This document shows positions 1 through 12,435 of a DNA stretch of 64,000 nt, piece by piece. The position numbers were made by a program, and so were the translations under genes. How positions within the stretch are numbered: position 1 is the stretch's first letter; each line of letters starts with the position of its first letter. The notes beneath the pieces are model-generated. The model did not search any database and was not told where the DNA came from. It worked only from the letters and a program-made list of their open reading frames with translations. The stretch is taken from positions 205,220,001 through 205,284,000 of the forward strand of contig OZ024740.1 of the NCBI GenBank assembly GCA_964016885.1, written 5' to 3'. The stretch is from Eledone cirrhosa (lineage: Eukaryota).

Positions 1-179
1 GTTAAATGAACTAAAATGCCTTAGTTGTCAACATAACATGTCACATGTGTATTTATCTATTTCTGATATTCTCATGTGAATTATTTCTGGCCAAATAGTT
101 AGAGATGTTAGCTGGCTACCAGAGAGATAGCTTGTATTCCATCACTGTCATTGTACATTGAATGTATGTATGTTTGTAT

Positions 180-1141
180 GGACACCCAATCGTGCGGTTA
201 AACCACTGGAAGTGAAGGACCCCTAGCCTTTGTAAGGGCATTCTTCTAGGAAAAGGCAACTCAGGAAAAGGATAACTCCGATATAAAACCTGCGGCTCAG
301 TAGTTACCGATGATGTTGATCATTTCTTCTTTTCGGGTTATAGCTACTGTCGCTGAGAGAGTGGGATTGGCTCAGTGCACAGTCTTTCCTCACTTTAAAA
401 AATATCTTCACGCACAGGCATTTCACGATAGAATTAATTAATAATTATTAATAATGGTATATCATGCAATGGCCATACTCGATAACGAGGGGGCAGCCAT
501 CATGTATGTATGTATGTATGTATGTTTGGTGCTACTGGTAACATGTATTCCAGTACAACCTGTCCCATGGTCGGGCCGTTGGCGACTAAACTGGCAACCC
601 ACTAAGGTTTCTTGGTGAGGAGGGTGACTTTGGACATCCTGCAGGACTAAAAACAAAACCTGTCAAAGGAGCTCTTAAGAGTCAATGGCCATCCAAAATC
701 ACCGGGAGAGATGACCCCTTAGCCTTTGTCAAGGCAGAATTCTAGGAGAAGGAAAACTCTGATATAACACCTGCCACTCTGATGGTATCCAATGATGTTG
801 ACTTGTTCTTCTTTTTGGTAAATATCATCTTGGTTAAGAGAGTGGGACTGGCTTTGTGCAGTGCCTTTGCTCACTATAAAAGCTTCACGGCACAGGCATT
901 GCTTTATATATGGAGATCTCTCTGCACTTGTCGTCACATGGTACCATGGGCCTAGCACTATGTGTCAATAATTGTCACAAGTGTAGTGTTTGTACCAGAG
1001 TTTTCAAGTCGCTGGCTGGACTAAAGTCACATTCGTTCAGTGCATCGGTAGGAGTTCTCCTACATGGATATAAAGTAGTGGCCGTACTCGAAAACGAGTT
1101 GGCAGCCACCATATATGTATGTATTTATGTATGTATGTATG
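180..1141 (+). mobile_element. Two tandem short RTE-derived non-autonomous units (about 180-525 and 527-1141), each with an RTE-like 5' leader joined to the RTE 3' end and a (TATG)n tail
   Basis: The two units share blocks (gacccc.tagcctttgt.aaggca..ttctagga.aaggaaaactc.gatataa; gagagtggga.tggct..gtgca; cacaggcatt). Both end in ggcc.tactcga.aacgag..ggcagcca.cat-(tatg)n, the same tail seen at 2711-2760. The second unit keeps a C2H2 remnant (CSVCTRVFKSLAGLKSH) matching the end of the adjacent LINE. Confidence 0.6.
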
Positions 1142-1194
1142 TAAAAAAAAATGGAGTGAAATAGGAGGATATTCCAGCACCGACCCTGTTTGCC

Positions 1195-2345
1195 ATATAT
1201 ATCACAGAGAGTGATATGCAGCACATTTTGAATGCATTTTCTGATGCTTGCACTGCCCTAGGATTGACTGTCAGTCTCAAGAAAACCATTGTCATGAACC
1301 AACCTGCCCCTGGTAAGCAGTACAGTGAACCAAATATCTATGTGTATGGTAAATGACTTGGAGTGGTTGATCAGTTTGTCTACCTGGGAAGCACTGTCAA
1401 TCGATACAGCAATCTTGATAATGAAATTCTACTCAGGATTAGGAAAGCAAGTGATGCTTTCGGAAAGCTAGAAAGGCACCTCTGGAGTCGGCGAGACATA
1501 TGCAAGGAGACAAAGGTAAAGGTATACAAGGCATGTGTGCTCTCTTCTCTTCTTTATGCCTGCGAGATCTGGGTCACATATCGACACCACCTTAAACAAT
1601 TAGAGCATTTCCATCAGATGTGTCTCAGACGGATCCATGGCATTCACTGGAGGGACCACATCAGTGATGTCGAGATTTTGGAAAGCTCTCTGTGTGACAG
1701 TATAGAAGCTCTTGTGCTTAAGCAAAGGCTCCGATAGAGTGGTCACCTTGCCAGGATGAAGGATTCTAGAATACCAAAACAACTCTTTTATGGAGAGTTA
1801 GTTAAAGGAAAACGACCTCCACATAAACCAAAAAAGAGGTTTAAGGATTTGTTGAAAGCCTCTTTGAAAGACGCTAACATATCTGCTGATACATGGGAAA
1901 ACGTAGCTGCTGATTGTAATAAATGGAGAAAGATTGTACATGATGCCTTTGAGCATCTCGAATTGCATATGAGAAAGTAAAAAGGGATGAGAGGAAGGGC
2001 ATTGCTGTTGCATTTCCAGATAGCGAATGTCCTCCTATGCCGCTGACATGCAGTTTCTGTGCGAGACTCTGCCTCAGCAAAGCTAGACTTGAAAGTCATC
2101 TTCACAGTCATAAAGTGAGACCAATGGTTAACTACCAGGCTGCTGTTGGAGATGCTACTCATGATGCCTGCCAAGCTTGTGGAAGAGAGTGTAGATCAGC
2201 AGGAGGGCTCAAACGCCATGCAAGACTAGATGAACTCCAACCACAGTCGGCTACTGTCAGTGAATGTTTTGGTTGCCAACTCTGTGCAAGACATTTTAGA
2301 TCATTGGCTGGGCTAAAAAGCCACATTCAATGGCAGCACCGTTAA
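1195..2345 (+). mobile_element. 5'-truncated, degenerate RTE (BovB-like) LINE: RT C-terminus plus three C2H2 zinc fingers; its 3' tail is displaced to 2705-2760
   Basis: ORFs 1363-1737, 1756-1980 and 2037-2345 read VDQFVYLGS, KVKVYKACVLSSLLYACE.W, IPKQLFYGEL..GKR, and CSFC..H, CQAC..H, CQLC..H fingers. Stops and frameshifts are present. Confidence 0.88.
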
Positions 2346-2471
2346 TTGTTATTGTGTGTGTGTGTATGTGTGTATGTATGTGTATATGTGTGTGCGTATG
2401 TGTATGTATGTATGTGTGTATATATATAATTTTTTTAATTATTATTATTGTCGTTATTTTTCTTACTTCTG

Positions 2472-2665
2472 GGCGGTGGATTGGCAGTATCGGTAGAGGG
2501 TCGGATGCCATGCTTTGCAGCAAAGAGTTACGGCCCTTTATGGTCTGAGTTCAAATCCCGCCGAAGTTAACTTTGCCTTTCATCCTTACGGGGTCGATAA
2601 AATAAAGTACCAGTAATACACTAGGATAATTGCTGGCTTTGTGCCAACAGTAGAAACAATTATTA
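2472..2665 (+). mobile_element. tRNA-head SINE with Meta-like central domain and (ATT)n tail; reference copy of the dominant SINE family
   Basis: A-box-like tggcagtatcggta, B-box gagttcaaatccc, core aactttgcctttcatccttacggggtcgataaaataaagtaccag, and AT-rich tail. Related copies or fragments lie near 2930(-), 4960(-), 6280(-), 14935(+), 22890(-), 29735(+), 40765(+), 41350(+), 42150(-), 42895(+), 56455(+), 59380-59870(+), 60217(-), 60872(-), 61100(+) and 63345(+). Confidence 0.85.
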
Positions 2666-4124
2666 TTGTCGTTATTATTATTATTATGTTTTTTTGTTTT
2701 TTTCGTGCAATGGCCATACTCAATAACGAGGGGGCACCCATCATGTATGTATGTATGTAACTCTTGATAGAGTTGTAGGGGTGCTGTATTGACATTCAGC
2801 ATTTCTTGGGCATTTTAAGCCTGGTGGAGCTCATCCCTCTCCAGGCCTGAGTACAGCAGATTTCTTCCAGAGAAAGATAGAAAGTGAGAGAGAGGAAATG
2901 AGAAAGAGATATAGAGGAAGAATCCACTCCAGTACTAGACTGGTACTTTTTTTGTCGACCTTGAAAGGCTAAAAGGCAATATTGACCTCAGCGGGATTTG
3001 AACTCAGAAAGCAGAGAGCCAGAACGAATAACATAAAGCAGTTATTAAAACAGTTTAATAACATAGAACCAAAGAAACTTATCATCATCATCATATTTTA
3101 CGTCCACTTTTCCCTGCTTGCAAGGGTGGGACGGGAACTGATGCTGGCTTGGTTTCTACAGCTGGATGCCCTTCCTAACACCAACCTCATTTACAGTGAG
3201 TGCTGGGTGCTTTTTTGCCGTGGCACCTCCATGACCACTTTGCAGTGGAATAATAGGGACTCCCAGTCCCTATCATCTCATTTCTACAGGTGAGTAAACT
3301 GGAGCAATGTGAAATAAAGTGTCTTGCTCAAGGAAACAACACATCACCCGGTCTGAGAATTGAACTCACAACCTTTTGATAGCAAGGCCAATGCTCTAAC
3401 CACTAAGCCATGTGCCTCCATTATTATATAGACAAATATACAGTTTATAATAACATAGAACCCAAAAAACTTTTATAGACAAATACATAGTTGAATATTT
3501 TCATAAAATATCTAGAAAAAAATACAAAGAAGCTGATTAAGAATTTAGGATGTAACCTCTGTAATATTTCACTTCATCAGTAAATCAACATCACTTTTCT
3601 ATATTTAGGTTATATGTATATAACCTATTGTTTTATGGATAGAATAAGTAATATTTGGTTTCCTCTCCAAACTTTAACCTTTTCATGACTGCATTTCTAA
3701 TGAAATACACTCTATTTTAATCAATTAATTCTTTAGCATTTACATTATTCTATATTTACTATTGTATTTTCACAGTAAAAGCTTTACCTCACACAGTTAT
3801 CTCACATAACATCGAATCTATGAGATTTCGATATTATTTATTTTGAGAACAATACCTTAACATCAGTATGTGTGGCCAGTTAAGGCCAGTTTGAACAGAA
3901 AGAGCTGAAAGAATTCTGGCTGGATATGGCTGGTTTAAATGCTAAAAGGTTAATGAAGAATTTTGAGGGATTTACTAAAATTATTAATTATTCCATTACT
4001 AAGATAGTATCTTAATGTAAGGTTGTTATATAAAATTATGTTGGAAGATTTTAATTTAAATTGGAAACCTTTAAAATGAGTGGTTTTTAATTAAAGGGTT
4101 AACAGATGTTGGTAATTAAAGGGT

Positions 4125-4655
4125 TAACAGAGCTATGTTTGTGGATTATAAAAGTTCAGTGAACTATTACCACTGTTGGCTACAAAGGGTTTGTCCCTCA
4201 AAGTAAAAGGAAGATTATATGATGCTTGTGTGAAATGGGCTTTGTGTGTAGCGGAATTATACAGCCCAGAAAGAAATGTAGTGAACAAGCTCGGATGGTT
4301 GTGTAATAATAGCATACATGAACAAGGAAGCATAAATGAGCTGAAAGAGAAACTGGCATAAGAGAGAGATCAGATGCAATGTGCAGGAGAGGAGACTATG
4401 ATAGCATGGACATGTGATGCATATGGAGGATGACAAGTACATAAAGAAATGCAGAGCACTTACAGTCATTGGAATTTATGGAAGGAGAGAACCTAGGAAA
4501 ACTAGGGTTTCTCAGGGCCGTGTTCATGAATAATGGAAGGCAGAAGGCTGAATTAAATGCAAGAATTGCAGGAGCTGGTGTAATACTTCACCAGCTCCTT
4601 TGGTCATCAGAAGAAGGGACGTTGGTGAAATGTACGTCTTTGAGTATGGTTTGCT
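4125..4655 (+). mobile_element. Degenerate RTE LINE fragments (same family as 19950-21912, followed by an Expander/Rex3-like piece)
   Basis: LLPLLATKGLSLKVKGRLYDACV and QERRL..HVM.MEDD match the C-terminus of ORF 19979-21487. AVFMNNGRQKAELNARIAGAG resembles RTE RT C-terminal sequence. Confidence 0.7.
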
Positions 4656-4883
4656 AATTTGATGTAAACCCCCCCTTCTCTCTTTCTCTCTCTCTATATA
4701 TATATAAGTAGATAGATAGGTAGGTAGGTAAGTAGGTATGTCTATGTATATATAAAAATGAGAAAACCCATTGCTGTCAAAAACAGCGATTGGCAAAAAT
4801 GCCTCAGTGGACAGAGACCTGTGGCCAGTGGTCAATAGAGAGACAATCCACAAAGTGGGTGACAGGCAGAGGAAATATAGAAA

Positions 4884-4929
<46 letters not shown>

Positions 4930-5117
4930 GGGGGAGAGAGAGAGAGGAAGAATCGTTCCAAAATTGAACTGGTACTTCATTTATCGACCTCGAAAAGATG
5001 GAATGCAAAGTTTACCTCGGCGGCTTTTGAACTCAATATTGACAGAGGACATTGATTTCTGATATGAATGATAGATTTTATTACATTTATAACTTACATT
5101 TGTGTTCTATGAATTTT

Positions 5118-5780
5118 ACTCACAATTTTAGAATGTTTTTGTCACACAAACAAAAAGCCTGTGCAGTTATTTGGCCACAAACCCAGGCACAATTGTCTGT
5201 AAAGTGGAGGAGAGGACGATAGTTAGATATCGGGAGTTCATTGATGGCTTCTTTTTCATGCTGGGTACCATTGAGATATTAGGTGTCCTTGGTCACCGAA
5301 CTGCTATTATCTTCTGCAAATTGGGAGGAGTGCATCCTGCCTGAGGAACGAGCCCTGTGAGGTAGAGCGGCTGATGAAGTGGGTGTCGGCGGCCATTTTT
5401 TGTGGCAATGCTTTCACTATTTTGTCTGTGGGTTGCATCATCTGAGACAGACTGCCTAGACTAGGGTGTAGAGTCTGCTTCTAACCCCCCCCCCCCCCCA
5501 TCTCTTACTATTGGCATTTACATATTTTCTCGTTCCTTTTCGTTTCTTAAATAGTCAGACGTTGATGAATTATAAATTTCATTCTTTTATTTTAAAATAA
5601 ATCGTTACTACTTCCCGACATAATATAAACTGTTGTTACTAGGTAACTTTTCCTGTAAAAACAGCTTTGTCAAGTATTTAGCAGACGACGAATATGTGTC
5701 ACGTGGTATTGAAGGAGATTACACGAGAGTGAGAAAACATTAACATTCTCGACTTTTGTCATCGATGTGGCTAGGTAAGT
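5118..5780. promoter_or_regulatory. Candidate bidirectional promoter with divergent first exons
   Basis: Repeat-free and CpG-richer than its flanks. There is a + strand donor ctag|GTAAGT at 5775 and a YY1-like aaaatggccgcc on the - strand near 5388-5399. A 73-nt - strand exon-like segment 5124-5196 is bounded by ctccactttacAG and GTGAGT. Confidence 0.4.
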
Positions 5781-6420
5781 AACCCGCTGCACATGCATAT
5801 ATATATAGTGTGCACCTACTCGTATGCTTTAACTAGCCTGCTCATCTCTCTCTTTCCTAGCAACTTTGAAGTATAGACTACAGTCTGATATAGTTCACCT
5901 AATGTGCTTTTGTTTATTTCACTTGTATGACAATCATTTCCCCGTCCAATACTTGTTTTATCTAAGCCCCGCCCCTTCCATTATTTTGTTTGGATCATGC
6001 TTAGTTTTATGTTTACACATGTTTTTGTTTCTTGAAAAACATTCTCCCAATATCTTTCAATATTTATGCATTTTCTCCTTAGATATGACCATGATAAGTT
6101 GATAAAATAATTCCTTTTTACTTTAGCCTCTTTTCTAAAAAATGAAAATAAAGAAAAATTAAACATGTAAAAAGAATCTCCGCTGGTAGGGTCAATGTAC
6201 CTCTTACATTCGTCACTAAAACATTAATCCAGTTAAATTTAGTATTTTTTGTTTTACTATAACTACTATTATTAGTTCTGATTTAGGCACAAGGCCAACA
6301 ACATGACGGGAGGGGAAAGTCGATTGAATTGGTCCCTCAGTGTATTACTGGTGCTTTATTTTATCGACCCCCCCCCCCCCCATCGTAAGGACGAAAGGCA
6401 AAGTAATAGTAATAATTATT

Positions 6421-6520
6421 TCTTTATTATTAGCCACAAGGGCCGAACATAGCGGACAATACTAAGACGGGGACAATGGGGTTTACATAAAATAGTGTAC
6501 AAAAAATTATCATTTAAAAA
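6421..6520 (-). mobile_element. Short 3' tail fragment of a Tx1/L1-clade LINE
   Basis: The reverse complement (tgtaaacccc...gccc.tgtggctaataataaaga) resembles the 3' end of the LINE at 52195-52260. Confidence 0.55.
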
Positions 6521-8254
6521 AAAATGATAATAATAGGCTGGCATCCGCAGTGTTGAAAAAGATGTTGCACCATCTGTCACTTTTAAAACCTGTGTTTGTT
6601 GTGTACCCAGTATACGGAATATCTACACCCGTTAGCGGACATAATTCTTAACTTACAGGATATTTCATGCCATTGAATTCTCCACCGCTATATCCAATTT
6701 ATATCGTTAGAATATATTCTTGATTAATACTAGTTGATACTACTTTACATATTAAAATAAATGATTGGGGGAAATTCATAATTAATAAGGATATCCGAAT
6801 CCAGCAATTATGCAGCCATTTTTGCTACTGTACAACACAATAAATAGTTCATCGTAAAGAGAAATTGTCGAAGGGTTAATTCATAATGATTATCATGAGT
6901 GGTTATGTATTAAACAATTTCCTGTGTGCCAAGCATCTTTATTATGCCATGTGACTGTTGAAGTAATGAATAAAGCCAATTAATTTTGAAAGAAGTCCAG
7001 TCGGGTATGTGCATGATGTGAACATATAGGGAGTACACGGAAATAATTTTCCCGGGATAGGAAGAAAACAACTCTAGAGTATAGAATTTTATTTCATGTT
7101 TCTCCTCTCTCTCTAGATTTTAAAAGAAATAGAGGTTCCTCTCTCTTCTCAATATACTCTAACGTGATAACAAGTTGTGGATTTCATTATCATTTCTTTT
7201 TATTATCGATATATAAATATCCCCAGTAAGGCTCACTGTGGCGATAATGAATAGCCCTTTTGTTACCGTATTTCTAGAAAACATCACTGCCTATGATTTT
7301 CAGATGATTTTGTAATTAATCAAGAAATTGGAAAAAATTAGTACTATAACTAACTTTCTCATTATTAAGCTGGTGTCTGGAATATAACCTATTAAAGGTT
7401 CTTACATAAAATTATGATGGAAGGTTTTTTTTTTATATAGATAAATATAAAACACTTTAAAATAGACAGTTTTGTATCCAATGATGCTTAATTCGTTTCC
7501 TCACTTGTGCTGCTATCCACTTTTTCCTGTTTGCAGTGTAGGGTACTTTACCTGATTTTTCTCAACTATTATTTAATGATCGATTATTATTATGGTCATT
7601 TGCGTTGGGACACACCCGTTTAAAATTTCAAATTATTGAACCGGGAGCAGTTTCAGATGGTTCGGTATCCAAAAACTAAGATTATTCTATAGCCAAATAA
7701 AAAGGACTGGGAAATATTCTTTTTTTTACTGTTTTTCTTAGTTTAGAGCCCTCCCCCCCCCCCCCTTTTTTTACAAGGGCTCTTCACATAGTGTGTCTGT
7801 ATCACAGTGTACTGTGTGTATGTATCAGTGTGTCTGTACTCATATCTATGTGTGTGCACGTGTGAAGTAAACAAATGTAAGAACACCAGAAAGAAACAGC
7901 TTAGCAATTTATTTGTGTTTCGATGGAAGTATGCTTTTTTTCTTTTGTTGTTTATTTTGTATTCAGAATTAGATTCTGTTGTTGAATTCACAACCTGTGT
8001 ACCTCCATTGGGGTGAAGTTGATCAACAAATATTGTCTTAAATTAATTGTCATTTTAACCATCTTGGAAGTAGTAATACCAGCCTGGAAATGTTAAGCAG
8101 ATGTAAACAAAATTAATCTATAGTCTAACATATATATTTACGAAGCCTGAAATGTGTCGCTCTCGTCGTTGTTGTTTAGCCCCAGGTCTCCTCTGATTGA
8201 GCAGATGTTTGATCAAAGATGTCCCAGTCATAACATTCTCATAATTTTCTACAT

Positions 8255-8765
8255 CTAAGATTACATTATTCAACGCGTCTTCCCTTTTTAAGACGTGTGT
8301 GATTTGAAGGAACTAGGCTGCTATTTCTAGCAAATAATGTGACTAGGACTACATTTTCTAATGTGTCTTTCAATTTTAAGATGGTAGTGTGTAATTTGAA
8401 GGAACTTGGCTGCTATTTCTAGCAAATAATGTAACTAGGACTGCATTTTCTAACGTGTCCTTCTTTTTAAGATGGTAGTGTGTGATTTGAAGGAACTTGG
8501 CTGCTATTTCTAGCAAATAATGTAACTAGGACTACATTTTCTAATGTGTCCTTCCGTTTTAAGATGGTAGTGTGTAATTTGAAGGAACTTGGCTGCTATT
8601 TCTAGCAGGTAGTGACTAATGATAGATTTTTCAATGTAGTATGTGATTTGAAAGAACCTGACCGGTATTTTTTTTAGCAGGGAGCGTCCCTGGGATAACA
8701 TTATTCAATGTTTTCCTTTTTGAAGACGGTAGTTCATGATTCTGGTTAGTTTTTCTAACAGGTAG
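8255..8765 (+). repeat. Tandem array of about 5 degenerate ~90-bp units derived from a dispersed repeat
   Basis: Repeating ggactacattttctaatgtgtc..ttttaagatggtagtgtg.atttgaaggaacttggctgctatttctagca. Single related copies occur near 13140 and 36060. Confidence 0.8.
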
Positions 8766-10730
8766 AGCGACTATGTAGAGGCTCTCTTAACTTTTTATCT
8801 GCTTCTCTTAGAGCAAGAAAGAGAGCCTGGGAAGTCGTGAAATTAATGGGTTTTTCATAATATTATGAAGTGAAGAAAATGTCACCAGCCGAATGTCAAA
8901 ACTGCGTTTTAGATTCAGTTTGATGTGAGTTTGTTTCCAGTCGATATTGTCAACTGATTCCTACTTCTTCAGTGAATAAAGGTGACACAATTTAATTAAA
9001 ATATTTATTAATTTTCTATGTAAGGTCCTGTATATTTTGTAACTTCGTATTCTTTTGATAATATATATATATAATCATACCAATAAACACTATATATATA
9101 TAAAATAAAAGTGAGAGAAGACACTCATAGTCACACGCCACAAGTGGTGCTGGAGTTTCTCTCTAATGAACTTCGTTAATCATTGAAGAAGAAATTCAGT
9201 GTTTTATTAATATATTTCCTACACTTTTCGACATAACTACAGTTTATTGCCACCCCTTCCTAATTTGTTTTATAAATTTCTTAATAATGTGTATTTATTT
9301 TCAAATTTCGCAGATATGTATTCGAAAGTGGAGATTACAATGATGTTGATAAAATTATTTATAATACTAGTAATTAATAATAATAATAGTAATAGTAATT
9401 AAAAAAATAACAAAAACTTTAATTTTCATACTTCCGTTTGTTAATTTACTGAATACCTTCGATCTGTACTTGCTTTTTAATGTCATGTTGATAATGTATA
9501 ATGTCAATCAGGATAATGTCGTAGGTAATGTCACCCTTACAACAATAAATTGCGGTAAAAAAAATAAAAAAAAGAATGAAGAATTCCAACATAATCGTAT
9601 TCTACACCTTTGAAAATGTACCTGTAAAATTTCACTAAAAATATATATGCATTATTAAGGAAGATGGGAGGATATTAAGTTGTAGTTATGCTAAGAATAG
9701 ATGAAGTTATATTGACTGTTTTATGAGGTAGACATATTATTGTCACTTATGTCTTTTGTGTGAATTGATTTCTACGTGTGGTCAGTTGAGGCGGATGATT
9801 TCATAACTTACATGTTTAAATTTGTACATTAAAAAAGCCATACACACATGAAAACATTAAAAAAATCAGTTTATTTTACCAGGTTGAAAAATAAGTTATA
9901 GACAGTATGTTGTCAAATCTATAATGAAAGGGGTCCAGCTTTGACCATCCCTTTGTTTTTAATGGTGTTTTAGGATGGAATATGGCTATTATTTCCAACA
10001 GATTGAGCAATCACATAAACACAGGGGCCCATCTTCCTGCCCCCAAAATTTTTACGATGAATTTTTCAAATGTAAGGGTCCTTATAACTTAAGGGCCTCA
10101 ATTGTCATAAATCTAGCACATAGACACCTTCATTTAGTCGTTTACAATATTGCCAGAAATGTGGTATGTGAGGTGGGTGGGTGATATGAAGTCTTAAATT
10201 TTGATAATATGCAATCCCTTGCAAAGCTGGTAATTGGCCCAGGTCAGATGTAGGTCCCATTTGAAACTGGTCATTAAGTATTTTAGTAATCAATGTTAAA
10301 TGCATATGATTTATGTATGGGTTATGTACATGTAATGTACATGATATCTTTACTAATAGGAAAAGTAAGGAAAGAACCTTTAACTTTTGTTAAAGTTGCT
10401 GGGGTGTCGTCCTGATACATAAGAATAAGAAAACTAAAACTTAAAGGGAGTAAGAAGACCTTAAAATTGTAGATCTATTGACAACTGATTTACCTGGCTC
10501 TTATCTAGTATGGTTTGGTGATATGATAGTGATAATAAATAAAAAAAAAGTTACAATAATACCCATTTTCAGTTATGTTATTTATCTAGCTAGACTAATA
10601 TATATAACTTATATTAGGAAGGCTATTTGGCAAAGGTGGATTAAGCTTACATGGGATTCTTGGCTGAAAATTTCATCAGAACCCTTGCATGTTATTTATC
10701 ATAGCCAAAAAATTATTTTAGGTGCCTTAA

Positions 10731-10943
10731 CCCTTTAATATTTCAACCGGCCGTATTTGGCCAGAATTCTCTCACCTCTTTCTGTTCAAACCGGGTGTAA
10801 CTGGCCATTCATACAGACATTAAGGTATTGTTCTCAAAATAAATAACATCAAAATCTCATAGATTTGAAATTATTTGAAATAATTTTGTAAAATAAAACC
10901 TTTGCCACAAAAATACATATAAAGTAATGTAAATGTTAAAGGG
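10731..10943. mobile_element. piggyBac-like MITE (TTAA target duplication)
   Basis: TTAA|ccctttaatattt ... aaatgttaaaggg|TTAA, 13-bp TIR with one mismatch. Many other ttaacccttt/aaagggttaa-ended relics occur (e.g. 22702-23083, 33777-33838). Confidence 0.65.
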
Positions 10944-11807
10944 TTAAAATATCATATGGCCCTTGACTTGGACTCTTCCTTGAGGCAAACAGAAATGGGG
11001 CAGTTCAAATATCACCTGGCAGCAAACATTTCAAGATAATCTGAAGTCTGTCAACATTACCTGAAATGGTTGTGAAAGAGCAGCAATGGATTGTGTGCAT
11101 TGCAGCATGTTTGTTGCCCAGTGTGCTACCCAGCATATGAGGACCTAAGATTTGGCTATAGCTCAGTCCCCTTCTCTCTCCCAAATTTCCCACTAGCATC
11201 CGGCCATTGAAGAGACCTGCTAGAAAAAGGATCTCTCTGCACCGATGCAAACATAGAAAAACAGACGTAAAACTGATGATGATAACATTTATTATAAAAA
11301 TATTTTCTACCAGATCAGAGTATCTCTACTTCCTACTCTAAAAATAATATTAAAATAATATTAATGTTATTTACAACATTTTGATACAATACTTACACAG
11401 GACATGATGCTACTCATTATACTTTTATGTTTTTTTTGTCAATGTTAATCTTTATTAATCTTTAATACTAAACTGCTTTTGTCAAAAAAAGAAAAAAAAA
11501 AAGAAGTTTAAATGAACTTTTGCTGAGGTGTTTGAGACTAAATTGATGTTATTGTGGACACCTCTCCCTATTTATAATGTCATTAATGTACAGGCTGACA
11601 CTTGCTTTCTTTTTATGTAGGTTAATACTTTTCACAAATCACAAAAGCTTTCTAAGATCAGTGTTTATAGCCTTTTTCTCTTGTGTTATGCAAATGAGAG
11701 ATACATTTCTGCTTGGATAGGATGTTATCTTTATAAGTTTCTTCTGTGAAGTCAGATCCCTATTCTTTAACTTAGGTGAGCTAAGACATGTGGCTAAGTG
11801 GTTAAAT

Positions 11808-12435
11808 TCATCATCATAATCATTGTTTTTACATCCGTTTTTCCATGCTTGCTTGGGTTGGATGGTTCCTCAGCAGAACATCTCTCCACTTGCCGCTTTT
11901 CTTTGTCATTTTCTCTGTGAGTTTCAGCGATTTAAGGTATTTCTTGGTCTACCTCTACTGAGGCTTCCTTCCACTGGCATTTCATGGCACTTCTTCACCC
12001 ATCGATCATCATCCATGCACAACACATATCTGTATCAATGCAATCTTGGGTTGGATGGGTCCTCAGCAGAGCATCTCTCCACTTGCTGCTTTTCTTTGTC
12101 ATTTCCACTGTGAGTTTCAGCGATTTAAGGTCAGCTCTCACCGCCTCTGCTCAGGTCTTTCTTGGCCTACCTCTACTGAGGCTTCCTTCCACTGGCATTT
12201 CATGGCACTTCTTCACCCATCAATCATCATCCATGCACAACACATCTGTATCAATGCAATCTTCACTCCTGTACACCACCTCGGATTCTTCTTAAACTCA
12301 ACTTCTCCCTCAGTTTATCCAAGCTCAGCCTTTCTCTCCCATTTACATTGCACATCCAATGAAGCCTGGCTGCTTCATTTCTCTCCAGTCTATGCATGTC
12401 TTCTGCAGTCGCTGCCCATATTTCACTACCATGTA
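11808..12435 (-). mobile_element. RTE LINE 3' fragment with an internal ~190-bp tandem duplication
   Basis: The (atc)n tail and ttttacatccgtttttccatgct end match RTE 3' ends on the - strand. The block cttgggttggatgg...tcaatgcaatctt occurs twice (about 11852 and 12044). Confidence 0.7.

Noticed and set aside
2472-2560. tRNA gene
   Set aside because: The A/B boxes belong to a multi-copy SINE head; there is no proper cloverleaf or terminator.
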